A stretch of 63,993 nucleotides of DNA, counting the filler, from Octopus bimaculoides (taxonomy: Eukaryota): NCBI RefSeq assembly GCF_001194135.2. It is 8 parts of 7 records of this genome, joined end to end, with 100 filler letters (N's around TTAATTAATTAA, not from the genome) between each part and the next. Parts side by side here need not be neighbours in the genome. Positions count along the whole stretch, not along the records: positions 17,143 to 31,797 come from NC_068996.1; positions 31,898 to 49,936 come from NC_068986.1; 6 more parts are not named here. One strand, written 5' to 3'. Both the position numbers and the translations under genes were made by a program. A model generated the notes under the pieces. That model was not told where the DNA came from. It saw only the letters and a list, made by a program, of their open reading frames with translations, and did no database searches. This document shows, piece after piece, positions 26,470 to 38,985 of the stretch. Every line of letters starts with the position of its first letter. The first letter of the stretch is position 1.

Positions 26470-28650
26470 TAGGATTTTGAGTGATTAGGAGTTTGGTATC
26501 TTTGTTCCTCTTATTTGTCAGGTATTTAATAGCTATCTCCTCTTCCTGGATAACGAAGGCATATCCTTCTAAGTGAGATGTAATGTATCTATAGCAGGTC
26601 CAGGAGAGGCTACTCTTTCTGTCAATACTGTTGTTATCTTATAGCTTGCAGGTTGTATACCCATGCATTTCTTCTCCAAACGTCTACTTAGGTAGGTCCG
26701 TCAACTTCCTTTGGGTCACATGAGACAATTGTATTCTCAAAACAACTTGCTCAGTAGTTCTTCTCCAACTCTGAATATGTTGTTGCTCTCACTTTTGAGT
26801 ATGCATTTAATGTGCTCGTTTCTTTCCTTATTGTGTTATCTGAGTGAAATACAATGCGATGTTCAAAGGCCTTTTGGACTGACCTTACGTCTGTACCGCC
26901 ATCACTTCGTCTCACATAGATCCTATCGATGTTAATATAGCTGTGGAAGTTGTCAGTAATGGCCAGTTCCTTTCTAGTTTTGATATCCAGGCTACGGAGA
27001 GGTCAGGTGTCCATTCCTATATCCCAAATGTTGGTATTAGCACTGGTACTGCAAAAGCATTGTGAGAAATGGTCAAGTTAAATGGAGAGAGCTCTGAGTT
27101 CCATATTTTCTTGAATCTACAGAAGTACTATTTTGTTATTCTGGCTTTAGTCACAGTACCAATATATGCAACATTCTCATCAATTCTGGGGTACTTGTAG
27201 CTTTCATTATTAGAAATAAGAGAGATAGGCAAGCCGTTCATGTACATGTTCTCAGCAATCTTTCTTCAGTTAACTATCATATATGAGCATTTATCTTGAC
27301 CAATCTCCATTCCTATATCTCATGAGAATGTTGTGACTAGTTCTGATTGTCTCTCGATGTTTATCATATTCCCAGAATAAAACTTTAGGTTATCAACCAA
27401 AAATGTGTGGCTGACATTAATTGTTTTTTCTTTTCTGCGTTTCCCAGCATGTAGCCTTGGCATTAAGTTAACAGGGTTGACAAATAATCCACAACCAGTA
27501 CAAACAGCATTACAGATAAATTGTTACCCAGGAATATGCCTGTTGATAGCTTAATTCTCTTAGTAACAATAGGTGTTTCTTTAGTAGTTGTCAGTGATAA
27601 CTGTGTGGACCATGTTACAGTCAGTCTCTTAATGGCATTCACTTTAGCAGCTGGTACTTTGGCAAAGTGTAATGATTCTATCAGTCATGAGTGAAGTACA
27701 GAGTTGAACGTCTTCTTGTAGTCTAGCCATAGCGTTAGGAGATTACGGTGATGCTGCTTAGCTTCCTTAAGAATAGCTTTGTTGAGGAGGAGCTGTACAG
27801 CACAGCTCCAGACTCCTTTCCTTTTTCTACCTGTTTATTATCACACCGTTTGTTTGGCAGTCGTCTTGGAGAAACACATTCAAACAACCTGTTTACAGTT
27901 TGTACACTACATTCAAGCATGCTAAGGACCTGAAGTTTTTTTAACACGTAACTTTCATTGTTCTTGGAAATAAATGTAGATCGTGCAACCGTCAACCAAT
28001 CTACTATATCTTGCTCGGCGTCCATTGTCTTTTTTAAAACAAGGTCATGAGAATTTCCATGTAGAACATATAGCTTTTTTATCAATAGGTGATTGATTAT
28101 CCATTCGGTAGTTTCATAATAACCGTCAGAAGTGTTTCACTGGTGATGTTATATATCTTGAGAGTGACATTTGCACAATACTCACTTCGTAGTTCCTTTA
28201 ACCGTGCTGCATTGCGGTTATATTCTTTGTTTATATTCCAAATAGCCCGCCAGAATCACTTTAGGTTTTTCTGCGAAGGATCATTTACTACCTTGATGGT
28301 ATCACCCTTCATTTTGTTATATACATTTTGGTTTGTGGGTTTTGGGCAAACATGCACATTATCGTTTTGCGTTCATGTAATATTTACGATAACTAATTTT
28401 TTTTTTAGTTGCCTCTCGTTGATCTTATTTAAGGGCGACCAATTTGCTTGAAAATATTTTTGGGTGGCAATTCCCATACAATTTGGGGGAATCTATCATG
28501 CAGCTGTAGCTAGTGGTTCATTGGTTCAAGAGTTAAATTTTAATTTTGTATTTGATAATAGCGTCCAACTCACCAATCTTTCTCCTGAGTCCATTGACGT
28601 TATTTTGGAGTTGGTTAATTCGTTGCAGCTGAGTATTGTCTTTTGAATTG
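26470..28650 (-). mobile_element. R4/Dong-like retrotransposon, degenerate copy 2 (pre-RT region, RT, start of C-terminus)
   Basis: Motifs WLTVARSTFISK, WLDYKKTFNSVLHS, NAFAVPVLIPTFG, NIDRIYVRRSDGG and HLEGYAFVIQEEEIAIKYL, homologous to copy 1. Confidence 0.85.
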
Positions 28651-29389
28651 GTCTCTTTTACTTTCATTTGTCATTGTACAATTAGTCAGGACGATATAAC
28701 AGGACACTCAATGACCGAAAGATGAAAGTTTAAATCTCAGCTAGTTGCTCTCTCGCAATTTTGTAGTTCGCAGATGACATCAAGTCGTTGTGTTTTCTCT
28801 CAATTTGTGGCGGGATCGTTCTTTCATGCAGTGTCTCATATATAGTGAAGTTATATGTGCGTGTGTGTGTTTGTGTGAGTGTGGGAGGCATATATGTGGG
28901 GGTGTATACATGTATATCTTCAAGAAAATTTGTCTTAACCTTGATCAGTTTACGGAACTGATATAAGTGGATGTGAGCTTTATATAAATCTCGAAGTATA
29001 AGTTGCCTCGGAAAATTCGTCAAAACTCTGAAGTTTGGCAAAATTTAGGAACTTTTCAAGTATGGAGATGAAAGTGTTTTTCCAAATTGAGAATAACTAT
29101 TCAGGTAATGGCCTCTGTTTCAATTTCAGTTGCCAGCACTGAGAGTTCTTTCAGCAAATTGGAATCTCCGTTTTACTATATCACTCCATTTTAATATACC
29201 ACTCTACTTTGAGCAGGGGAAAACTAAAAACAAATTTGATGGTATTATTGTGTTTTCATTGTCGAAATTAAGAAAGGAAAAAATTTAAAATAAATCTCGA
29301 ATTAAAAGTAACCAAAATAAAAATGAAAAATAGCTGTAAAAAGATGTGATTAGAATGATTTCATTTTCATAATATTTATATTTTCTTCT

Positions 29390-29633
29390 TTTATCTATTA
29401 TATACTTGTTTCAGTCATTAGACTGCGGCCATGCTGGAGCACCACCTTGAAGGGTTTACTCAAACAAATCGACCCTAGTTCTAATTTTATTTAAAGGCTG
29501 GTATTTTATTCTATTGATATCTGTTGCCGAACCACTAAGTTACAAGGACGTAAACAAACCAACACCGATTGTGAAGCGGTAACAGGAAAAACAGACATAC
29601 ACACACACGCACAAAGATATACCCAAACACACA

Positions 29634-29673
<40 letters not shown>

Positions 29674-29817
29674 CATAAACGACGGGCTTCTTTCAGTTTC
29701 TGTCAATCGAATTCATTAACGAAGCTTTGGTCTGCCCGAGGTTATAATAGAAGACACTAGCCCAAGGTGCCACGCAGTGGGACTGAAACCAGAACTATGT
29801 GGTTGAGAAGCAAACTT
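29390..29817 (-). mobile_element. SINE family A, near full length
   Basis: Tail, internal (CA)n and tRNA head all recognisable. Confidence 0.85.
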
Positions 29818-30275
29818 AAATTTCTTTCACTTATAAATATATTAATAATTGTTTTATTTAGATTTCATGTTCAATTCTCATAAAATAAACTCACTTAAAA
29901 AGTATGAGTGATTCCTCGAAAATTTGAATGCTACAACAGTATTTAAAGAATACTGGCTTTAAGAGCGCCGCTTATTGATGTATACAGGACCTCTAGGTAT
30001 ATCTGTGATATATTTAAATAGTTGTATGAACCTCAAACACGGTGTGTTTCCTGATTACTGAGCACAATATTACCAGAATTTAACTTTCAAATATTTACCT
30101 AAAGCAATATAAATCAAATCTTAAGTGTTACCGACATTAAATTTGAGTGCTTTGTGGTTCAATTTATTTTATATGAAAATTACATTTACTTCTTTATCAC
30201 AATACTTCAAGTAAGCAAGAACACTATTCTCTCTCTCCCTCTCTCTCACCCGTCTCCCACAGACACACACTTATA

Positions 30276-30282
<7 letters not shown>

Positions 30283-30311
<29 letters not shown>

Positions 30312-30417
30312 TGTATGTATGTATGTATGTATGTATGTATGCATGTATGTATGTATGTATGTATGTATGCATGTATGTATGTATGTATGTATGTATGTAT
30401 GTATGTATGTATGTATG
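30283..30417. repeat. (TATG)n microsatellite
   Basis: Direct reading. Confidence 0.95.
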
Positions 30418-30878
30418 TGTGTGTCTGTGTGTGTAGACAGAAATAAATATTAAAGTTGCATATACCCTATTTTGATNNNNNNNNNNNNNNNNNNNNNNNN
30501 NNNNNNNNNNNNNNNNNNNNNNNNNNNNNNNNNNNNNNNNNNNNNNNNNNNNNNNNNNNNNNNNNNNNNNNNNNNNNNNNNNNNNNNNNNNNNNNNNNNN
30601 NNNNNNNNNNNNNNNNNNNNNNNNNNNNNNNNNNNNNNNNNNNNNNNNNNNNNNNNNNNNNNNNNNNNNNNNNNNNNNNNNNNNNNNNNNNNNNNNNNNN
30701 NNNNNNNNNNNNNNNNNNNNNNNNNNNNNNNNNNNNNNNNNNNNNNNNNNNNNNNNNNNNNNNNNNNNNNNNNNNNNNNNNNNNNNNNNNNNNNNNNNNN
30801 NNNNNNNNNNNNNNNNNNNNNNNNNNNNNNNNNNNNNNNNNNNNNNNNNNNNNNNNNNNNNNNNNNNNNNNNNNNNNN

Positions 30879-30924
<46 letters not shown>

Positions 30925-31229
30925 ATGTATACATACAAACAGTTGTGCATAAATACATAAAATGAAATAAACTATCATAGATGCCAGATGCTTATTTGAC
31001 GTGAATGTGGTGAGGAAAATATCGGAGCAAAAAACGAGCATAATGGACCATTGGTGGGTTTTATACTTTTTGTTATTGGATCAATGACATACGTATAAAT
31101 AATGCACCTCGATCACTACTATGGCTGAAGTTGGAGCCTTCTTTTCAGCGGAGAGGTGAGTTAGAGCCCGTGAATCGTTATAAAGGCCTCGTGAGTGGTA
31201 GTAGGAGGGAGAAGAGAGTGCAGAGTATT

Positions 31230-31395
31230 GTCATTCAGTCCTACGTTTTAACAGTTCCACCTCAAATGGATACATTTTGATCCCTTGAAGGATTGAAGGA
31301 CAAAGTTGATCTCAGCAGTATTTGAAGTCGGAGCGGATTCAGTCGGAACAAATAAAGTGATGCATTTTGCGCAGGTTTTTGACGATTCCTTCTAA
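31230..31395 (-). mobile_element. Highly diverged SINE family B
   Basis: CCCTTGAAGGATTGAAGGACAAAGTTGATCTCAGCAGTATTTGAAGTCGGAGCG resembles the reverse complement of the family B core. Confidence 0.5.
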
Positions 31396-31589
31396 TGCAT
31401 CACCTACAGAAATAACGAAGCTTTTTAACACATACGCTACAAACGTACATCGTATCTGGGACAACAGAGTTCTGCGAGATCTCCTTAAATTTAACATGTA
31501 AATAATTGCGCAAAAGTTGACGAAAGAAATCTTTTTTATAATAGGCGTCTATCATAAGATTTGAAATTCCAGTCAGCGAGAGAAGAATG

Positions 31590-31621
<32 letters not shown>

Positions 31622-31897
31622 CATCCATACGTACATACATTTATGCATGCATGCATGGGTATATATGGGTTGTTTATGTATTTGTATCTATATTTATGTA
31701 TATGCGTAGATACATGGATGTATGTCTGTGTATATATATATATGTATGTATGTATATAGTTATATCTATTATTGCTATGTTATTATTATTATTATTANNN
31801 NNNNNNNNNNNNNNNNNNNNNNNNNNNNNNNNNNNNNNNNNTTAATTAATTAANNNNNNNNNNNNNNNNNNNNNNNNNNNNNNNNNNNNNNNNNNNN

Positions 31898-32046
31898 AAT
31901 TTCATCGTCTTTTGAATTATGAACATATTTACATCATAAGGGTTTTTTCGTTGTAAGGCTTACTTTTTTAGTTGATTTTCAGCTAGCAAGACTTATCGTA
32001 GATGGCATAATGAGTCACACCCGGACAAGGTCGGGTTATACTGCTA

Positions 32047-32047
<1 letters not shown>
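31898..32047 (+). mobile_element. Helitron 3' terminus
   Basis: GC-rich hairpin CCCGGACAAGGTCGGG (32020-32035), followed 8 nt later by CTAG and then T. Confidence 0.75.
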
Positions 32048-32079
<32 letters not shown>

Positions 32080-32084
<5 letters not shown>

Positions 32085-32378
32085 ACTGGTGTAGCAGTAC
32101 CATAGTCAACTGCTACAAAGGTAAAGGTGATGCTTTAGACACAAACAATTACAGAGGTATCAAGTTGTTGGACCAGGTAATGAAGGTCACCGAGAGGGTC
32201 ATAGCCAAACTAATTAGGGAGAAAGTCAGTTTAAATGAGATGCAGTTTGGGTTCATTTCAGGGAAAAGCACTGCTAATGCTATATTTCTGGTAAGACAGC
32301 TGCAGGAGAAATACCTAACCAAAGATAAACCTCTGTAGCTAGCTTTCGTTGACATGGAGAAAGCCTTTGACAGGGTCT
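32080..32378 (+). mobile_element. RTE-clade LINE RT fragment
   Basis: DWCSSTIVNCYKGKGDALDTNNYRGIKLLDQVMK...MQFGF...AFVDMEKAFDRV. Confidence 0.9.
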
Positions 32379-32570
<192 letters not shown>

Positions 32571-32905
32571 CAAGGTCAAATCAATAAGTATCTGGACTGT
32601 TACCATAGTAACAGCACTAAAGCCCGCAGAGTGAAGTTGTTTGGCAAAGATTAACTTTGAACTCTGCTGTGCATGCACACTAAGTTTTAAGAAAGGTGTG
32701 TAGCATGTGATTGTTGCATTGACCATGACAGAGAAAGTTGTCATGGCGATACCTGCTCAGAGGCCTAGACAAAGTTGTAGAATGTGTATGGAGAGGAGTG
32801 TATGATCCGCACATACGTGTATGAGTAATTCAGATGTTTCCAAGATAGCTGAAAAAATGTCGATATTGACAAATGTTCTGGGAGACCTACAACCAGCAGA
32901 ACTGA
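32571..32905 (+). mobile_element. Left arm of non-autonomous mariner (same family as 40485-41374)
   Basis: Starts after TA and aligns with 40485-40860. Truncated at its 3' side. Confidence 0.85.
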
Positions 32906-32907
32906 GA

Positions 32908-34720
32908 ACTGATACTGTATTTCTGGCAAGACAGCTGCAATAAAAGTACCTAGCCAAAGATAAACCTCTGTACTTAGCTTTCGTTGACATGGAGAAAGCC
33001 TTTGAGAGGGTCCCTCTATCCCTTATCTGGTGGTCATTGCGGAAACTAGGGATAGATGAGTGGTTAGTGCGAGCTGTACAAACCATGTACAGGGATGTTT
33101 TCAGGAAGGTGAGGGTCGGCAACAAGTATAGTGAAGAATTCTGGTTAGAGGTTGGGGTCCACCAAGGATCAGTCCTCAGCCCCATCTTATTGATCATAGT
33201 TCTCCAGACAATAACAGAGGAATTCAAGACAGGATGCCCCTGGGAGCTCCTCTATGCTAATGACCTTACTCTAATAGCTGAGTCACTATCAGAACTAGAG
33301 GAGAAGTTTCAGGTATGGAAGCAAGGTCTAAAATCGAAGGGCCTTACAGTCAATCTAGTAAAAACCAAAGTCTTAGTAAGTAAGAAGGCAGACTGATCAC
33401 AAATCCTTTCAGGTAGATGGCTCTGCTCGATCTGTAGAAAAGGTGTAGGTAGAAACTCCATAAGATGTACCCGGTGTAAGCTATGGACACATAAGAATTA
33501 GGTGCAGCAATATCAAAAGAACGCTAACTGGTAAGATAGTTTTTGTATGTGGTAAATGCACAAGGGCAATAAACACTGAAAATGTGCAGAAAACAGCCTT
33601 TGTCACATGCCAGGGGGAAAAAAAAAAAGATGTAGTTGATAGCTTCCGTTACCTAGGTAAGAAAGTCAGTAGTGGGGTTGGGTGCTCTGTGAGTGTAGCT
33701 GCTAGAATAAGAATAGCCTGGGCAAAGTTCAGAGAGCTCTTACCTCTGCTGGTGACAAGGGGCCTCTGGCTTAGAGTGAAAGGTAGACTGTATGATGCAT
33801 GTGTACGAACAGCCATGCTACACGGCAGTGAAACATGGGTTGTAACTGCTGTGGACATATGTAAGCTTGCAAGAAATGAAGCTAGTATGTTCCGCTGGAT
33901 GTGTAATGTCAGTGTGCATACTAGACAGAGTGTAAGTGCCCTGAGAGAAAAGTTGGAGATAAGAAGCATCAGATGTGGTGTGCAAGAGAGACGACTGCGC
34001 TGGTATGGTCATGTGTTGTGTATGGATGAAGACAGCTGTGTGAAAAACTGTCACACCCTAATAGTGGAGGGAATGTGTGGAAGAGGTAGACCCTGGGAGA
34101 CCTGTGATGAGGTGGGGAAACATGACCTTGAAACGTTGGGCCTCACAGAGGCAATGACAAGTGACCGAGACCTTTGGAGACATGCTGTGCTTGAGAAGAC
34201 CTGTTGAGTCAAGTGAAATCATTGTCATGGCTGATGCCAATACCCCCTGAGTGGCACTCATGCCAGTGGCATGTAAAAGGCACCATTCGAGCATAGTCAA
34301 TGCCAGTCCCACCATACTGGCTCCCATGCCGGTGGCATGTAAAATGCATCATATGAATGTGGTTGATGCCAGTGCCACCTGACTGGTCCTGTGCTGATGG
34401 TATGTAAAAAACACCATTCAAGCATGGTTGTTGCCAGTGCTGCCTGACTGGCTCCCTTGCTGGTGACATGTAAAAAGCACCATTTGAGCGTGGTCGATAC
34501 CAGTACCACCTGACTGGCCCTCATACTGGTGGCATGTAAAAAGCATCCACTACACCCTCGGAGTGGTTGGCATTAGGAAGGGCATCCAACTGTAGAAACC
34601 TTACCAGATCAGATTGGAGTCTGGTGCAGCCATCTGCCTTGCCAGTCCTCAATCAAACCATCCAATCCATGCCAGCATGGAAAGCGGCCATTAAACGATG
34701 ATGATGATGATGATGATATT
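32908..34720 (+). mobile_element. 5'-truncated RTE-clade LINE (RT, PHD-like insert, C-terminus, 3'UTR, (GAT)n tail)
   Basis: Motifs DMEKAFERV, GVHQGSVLSPILL, LLYANDL (YADD decayed), FRYLG and RRLRWYGHV...RGRP. The 3'UTR has 66-bp repeats and a tail of ATTAAAC(GAT)n. Confidence 0.92.
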
Positions 34721-34734
34721 TATATATATATATA

Positions 34735-34801
<67 letters not shown>

Positions 34802-35190
34802 CCACTTCCTGTTCATAAGTTTCATTATTGACATGGTTTCTAGAGGTGAATGCGTAACACCAACCTAGAGGGAGAATAGGACATAGGGTGGTAGCTTTAA
34901 GCAAAGTATTAAGAGGTTAAAGCATGAAGCAGGGAGCAGGAAAAGTTTACTTTTGTAGTGGAAATTTATGACTACATTGTGTTTAATGTGGGTGGATGAA
35001 TGAGGTTGGGGTGGAGACCAAAGAGAGTTATATGGTTGTGATGAAGTGTCTGAAATACCTGTATTGTATCATGTCTGAGAGATGTATAAAAGAGAGTCTG
35101 GATTCAGAAAAAGCAGTGTATAAGGTAGGTAGGTAAGAGGTAAGATTGTAAGAGTGTGAGAGGAGGGTGTGAGAGGAGAGTGAGAGATGG

Positions 35191-35250
<60 letters not shown>

Positions 35251-35490
35251 TTTATTTAAAAGCAGCAGAAATATAACAAAAGACTGTTACTCGGAGTTTC
35301 ACATTCCCGTTCATTGGACGGACAGTTTTGTTTGAAAAATCTGTCTGATGAACGGGAACGTGAAACTCCGAGTAACAATCTTTTGTTATATTTCTGCTGC
35401 TTTTAAATGAAGCATATTACTCCTCTACCTCTGGTATTTGAGTACTCTTTTTTTCCACCTTGTTGCACATTTTATGTGCTTACTCCGGTA
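35251..35490. mobile_element. Penelope-like element end in inverted arrangement (about 70-bp hairpin arms)
   Basis: 35251-35325 is the near-perfect reverse complement of 35341-35410 and contains a hammerhead motif. The PLE assignment is inferred, because no PLE ORF is seen. Confidence 0.65.
35341..35378 (+). ncRNA. Minimal type I hammerhead ribozyme motif
   Basis: CTGT-CTGATGA-ACG(GGAA)CGT-GAAA-CTCCGAG-TA-ACA(A): intact catalytic core, 3-bp stem II, near-palindromic stem III and a GUA cleavage triplet. Confidence 0.75.
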
Positions 35491-36629
35491 TATATATTTA
35501 TATATATATGTATATATATGAGGTAAATATGAGTGGGAGATGATAGGAATGGGGTATGGATACTAACTGGGAGTAGCAGAATGGAGGAATGGTGACCAGC
35601 AGTACAGAGATGATATAGAACATGGTAACAGATTTTGGTTTCATTACTTACAGCAGCAGAAAAATATATTAGATGGGAGAGTGATGGAGGGATGGTGATA
35701 ATGTGATGAGGAATGGAGTTAAAGTTTGCAAGTGGATTGAGAATGAGAGAAGGAGTGTGTCAATGTTAAGAATGAAGAATATACGTCCATTGCCTTAAGA
35801 GGGGGACTCATGTGCTTGGGAGGGGGAACTGGATGTTTTATGAGAAGAACAAGTAGGAATTGTAGACTTGTCAGAGACTCAGTTATTTGTATAGTGCACA
35901 TACACATTATGGCTTGTGACCTCAGTCACGATGTGTTGGTGTGACAGGGTGGGTTTTCTCAAGCAGTGCATATCGCTCGTCATTTTTGTCATCTCTCCCA
36001 AAGAGTTTCAGCATCCTGTCATGGAATACTTTCTGAGAAGTTCTCATGATGCTATTGGCTTTATGCATGCAGATTTGATCCCTGCCAGGCTATCAGCTTT
36101 TGTTGGTAAGTAGATGCTGTCAAAGAGATATGATAGGACATTCAAAGACCGTTTGCATATATGCATGCATGCATGCATGCATTATGTATGAACAGATGGA
36201 TGGATTTATGTATGCATGCATGCATGCATGCATGTATGTATGTATGTATGCATAGTTGCATGTATGTATGTACATATGAATGAATGACTGAATGAATGAA
36301 TGATTGTATACATGTATGTATGTATAAATGAATGAACGTATGTATGTATGTATGTATGTATGTATGTACATGTATGTAATATTTCTCACACCTGAAGGAG
36401 AGTATTGTATCAATTTCTAAATATAACAACAAAAGTGGAAAAATCCTCTTCCCCCTCATCCTCCTCTTTCTCTTTTCTTTCCCTGTTCTCGTTTGTAACC
36501 CCTCTTCTGCCAATAATACTTTCAATCTGCAAATAATCTCATAGTCATTCATTCATGTTGATGATGAAGTTATAAAAATTTGCTATAAATCTTCAAAGTG
36601 ACATTGATAAAGTTAATCTATAGCTGATA

Positions 36630-36630
36630 A

Positions 36631-36714
<84 letters not shown>

Positions 36715-36776
36715 GAGAGCTGGATCAGTAGATAGGTAAGCAGATGGATAGATAGATAGACAGACAGACAGATAGG

Positions 36777-36812
<36 letters not shown>

Positions 36813-36880
36813 GAGATAGATAGATGGATGGATGGATGGATGGATGGATGGATGGACATACAGCAAGGTAGACAGATAGA
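36630..36880. repeat. Compound (GA)n/(GATA)n/(GGAT)n microsatellite
   Basis: Direct reading. Confidence 0.9.
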
Positions 36881-37624
36881 AGTGACCGATAAAGACTAAT
36901 AAGCAGCTGGGTAAATAGGTAAGCAGGCAGGCAGGCAGAGTTAATATTATACAATATACCATCCCATCACTAGCAGAAATATATGTGTGTGTGTGTGTGT
37001 GTGTGTGTATTTCAAATTTACAGAGAACAAAAAACGAAGACAGGTGTAGGAACAACAAGCAAGTGTATTAGTTTAATGCTCGGGAAAAATGGAAAAGTCT
37101 TTCATGTTTTGAGTATACGCTCTTTGACAGGAGGGATTAAGAGGGAAAAATGGAGAGACAATGAAAAAAACAGAGAGAGAAAAACTGTGAAGAGTTCAAT
37201 GATCCAACATGACAAGATGACAGGAAAAAAAAAAGGTTGAAGGAAAGGGAGATAATAATAGTGGTAATGGTGACCCCAACGAACTAAGGTGCACAAGCAG
37301 GTGTGTGTATATGTGAGAATGGTGTGTGTGAGTGTGTATGTGTGAATGGGGATGAGTGAGTCTAACATGTATGTGTGTGTGTGTGTTATGTGTAACAGTT
37401 GCTGTGTGCTGTGTGCACATGTGTATGTGTGAGTGTGTCTGTGACCAAATAGTGTGTATGTGTATAGTGTATGTTTGTCTATGTGTATTGAGTGTGTGTG
37501 TGTATATATTGTCTGTGTTCAGGTATTATGTGTTTGTGTGGGTATTGGAGTGTGCATGGTGTGTGTACTGAGTTAAACAGTGTGTGTAGCTGCTCGTTTA
37601 GTGCAATGATGGCAACTTGACTCC

Positions 37625-38230
37625 CTTAAGATTCGTAGCCATAATGAATGGTGTTCTTTTCAGAGTAGAACTGGGAGTTAAAAACTGAAGAAAATAATAC
37701 TGAATTTTCTACAGGATATCAGATTATCTATCTTAACTCTTTTGTTGCTGTATTTATTTTGAGATGCTCTGTGCTTCTTTCAATTATTTTAAATATAACA
37801 AAGAATTTAGTAAAATAACTTAGCTATCATTAAGCTAGTGTTAGGAACATAAATTATGACTAAGGTTTGGTGGAGTATTTTAATTTAAAATTTATGAAAA
37901 CAAGACATTTGTATTACAGAGCCAGAGGCAGTTTCAGCCAGGTTGGTAAGGAAAGGCTTAAGTTATGCTGATGATATGGTTGTTACTGACTATGACATTA
38001 CAAGATTTCAGGATTTATTTATTCTCATAGCTGCAAATTCATGAGAAGTGAGTTTCTAAATAAATATTAACAAAATTGAATGCCTGACTTCAGATAAAAC
38101 GCTGTCAAACATAAGTATAACAATTTATGACAAACCTATAAAGCAAGCAGTGGAATTTGTCTATTTAAGGCACAAACTATAAACTTTAGATAAAAGTAAG
38201 GCTGTTTTCAAACACAGATTAGCATTGGTA
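37625..38230 (+). mobile_element. Old LINE RT remnant interrupted by a MITE
   Basis: Removing 37737-37957 and one TTAA restores QDIRLSILSYADDMV. Downstream reads ININKIECL...KQAVEFVYL. Confidence 0.6.
37737..37957. mobile_element. piggyBac-type MITE
   Basis: TTAA at 37733-37736 and 37958-37961. Same family, in reverse, as 49246-49467. Confidence 0.7.
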
Positions 38231-38234
38231 TATT

Positions 38235-38940
38235 TTACTTTTTACTCAATTCAGACATCAGTCTGTGGCCATGCTGGACACTGCTTTGAAGGGTTTTTGT
38301 CAAACAAATCAACCTCAATTGTTATTTTTTTTAGTCTGGTACTTATTCTGTCAGTCCCTTTTGCTGAACTATTAAGTTATGTGGATATAAACAAATTAAT
38401 ACCAGTTGTCAAACTTTGATAGTAGTGAGAGAGACAAACACAAAGACATACACACATATACATATGTATACATATACATTTGTATGAATATGACACGCTT
38501 CCACACAGTTTCTATCTTTTAAATTCACCTCACAGGGCATTGGTCAGTCCTGGGTTACATTAGAAACACTTGCCCAAAGTGCTGTGCAGTAGAACTGAAC
38601 CCAAAACCACTTGGTTACAAAGTGAGCTTCTTAACGACGCAGTCATGCTTGCACCTATAAAATATATTGTGAACATGAGCGTGCAACCCTCAGTTTAATG
38701 TTCCAGATTAAGAATAGGCTGCAAATTTTCAGTTATTGTACAATGGCCATGCTGGAGCACTGCCTTGAAGGATTTATTTAGTCAAACAAACTGACACCAG
38801 TACTTTTATTTTAAAACTTGGTACTTATTCTTTATCTGTCTCTTTTGCCAAACTGCTAAGTTATGGAGATGTAGGCAAGCTAACATCTGTTGTCAAACAA
38901 TAGTTGAAGACAAACACAATCACAAAGACCATACATACAT
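38235..38940 (-). mobile_element. Two diverged SINE family A copies (about 38235-38660 and 38735-38940)
   Basis: GCCATGCTGG...GCTAAGTTA...CCCAAAGTGCTGTGCAGTAGAACTGAACCC pattern. Confidence 0.75.
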
Positions 38941-38951
38941 ACGTACATACA

Positions 38952-38985
<34 letters not shown>

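Noticed and set aside
35800-36150. ORF 35916-36113 ending at a GTAAGT, and a semi-open minus-strand frame
   Set aside because: No recognisable motif in either direction. Possibly an old LINE 3' fragment, but I cannot support a call.
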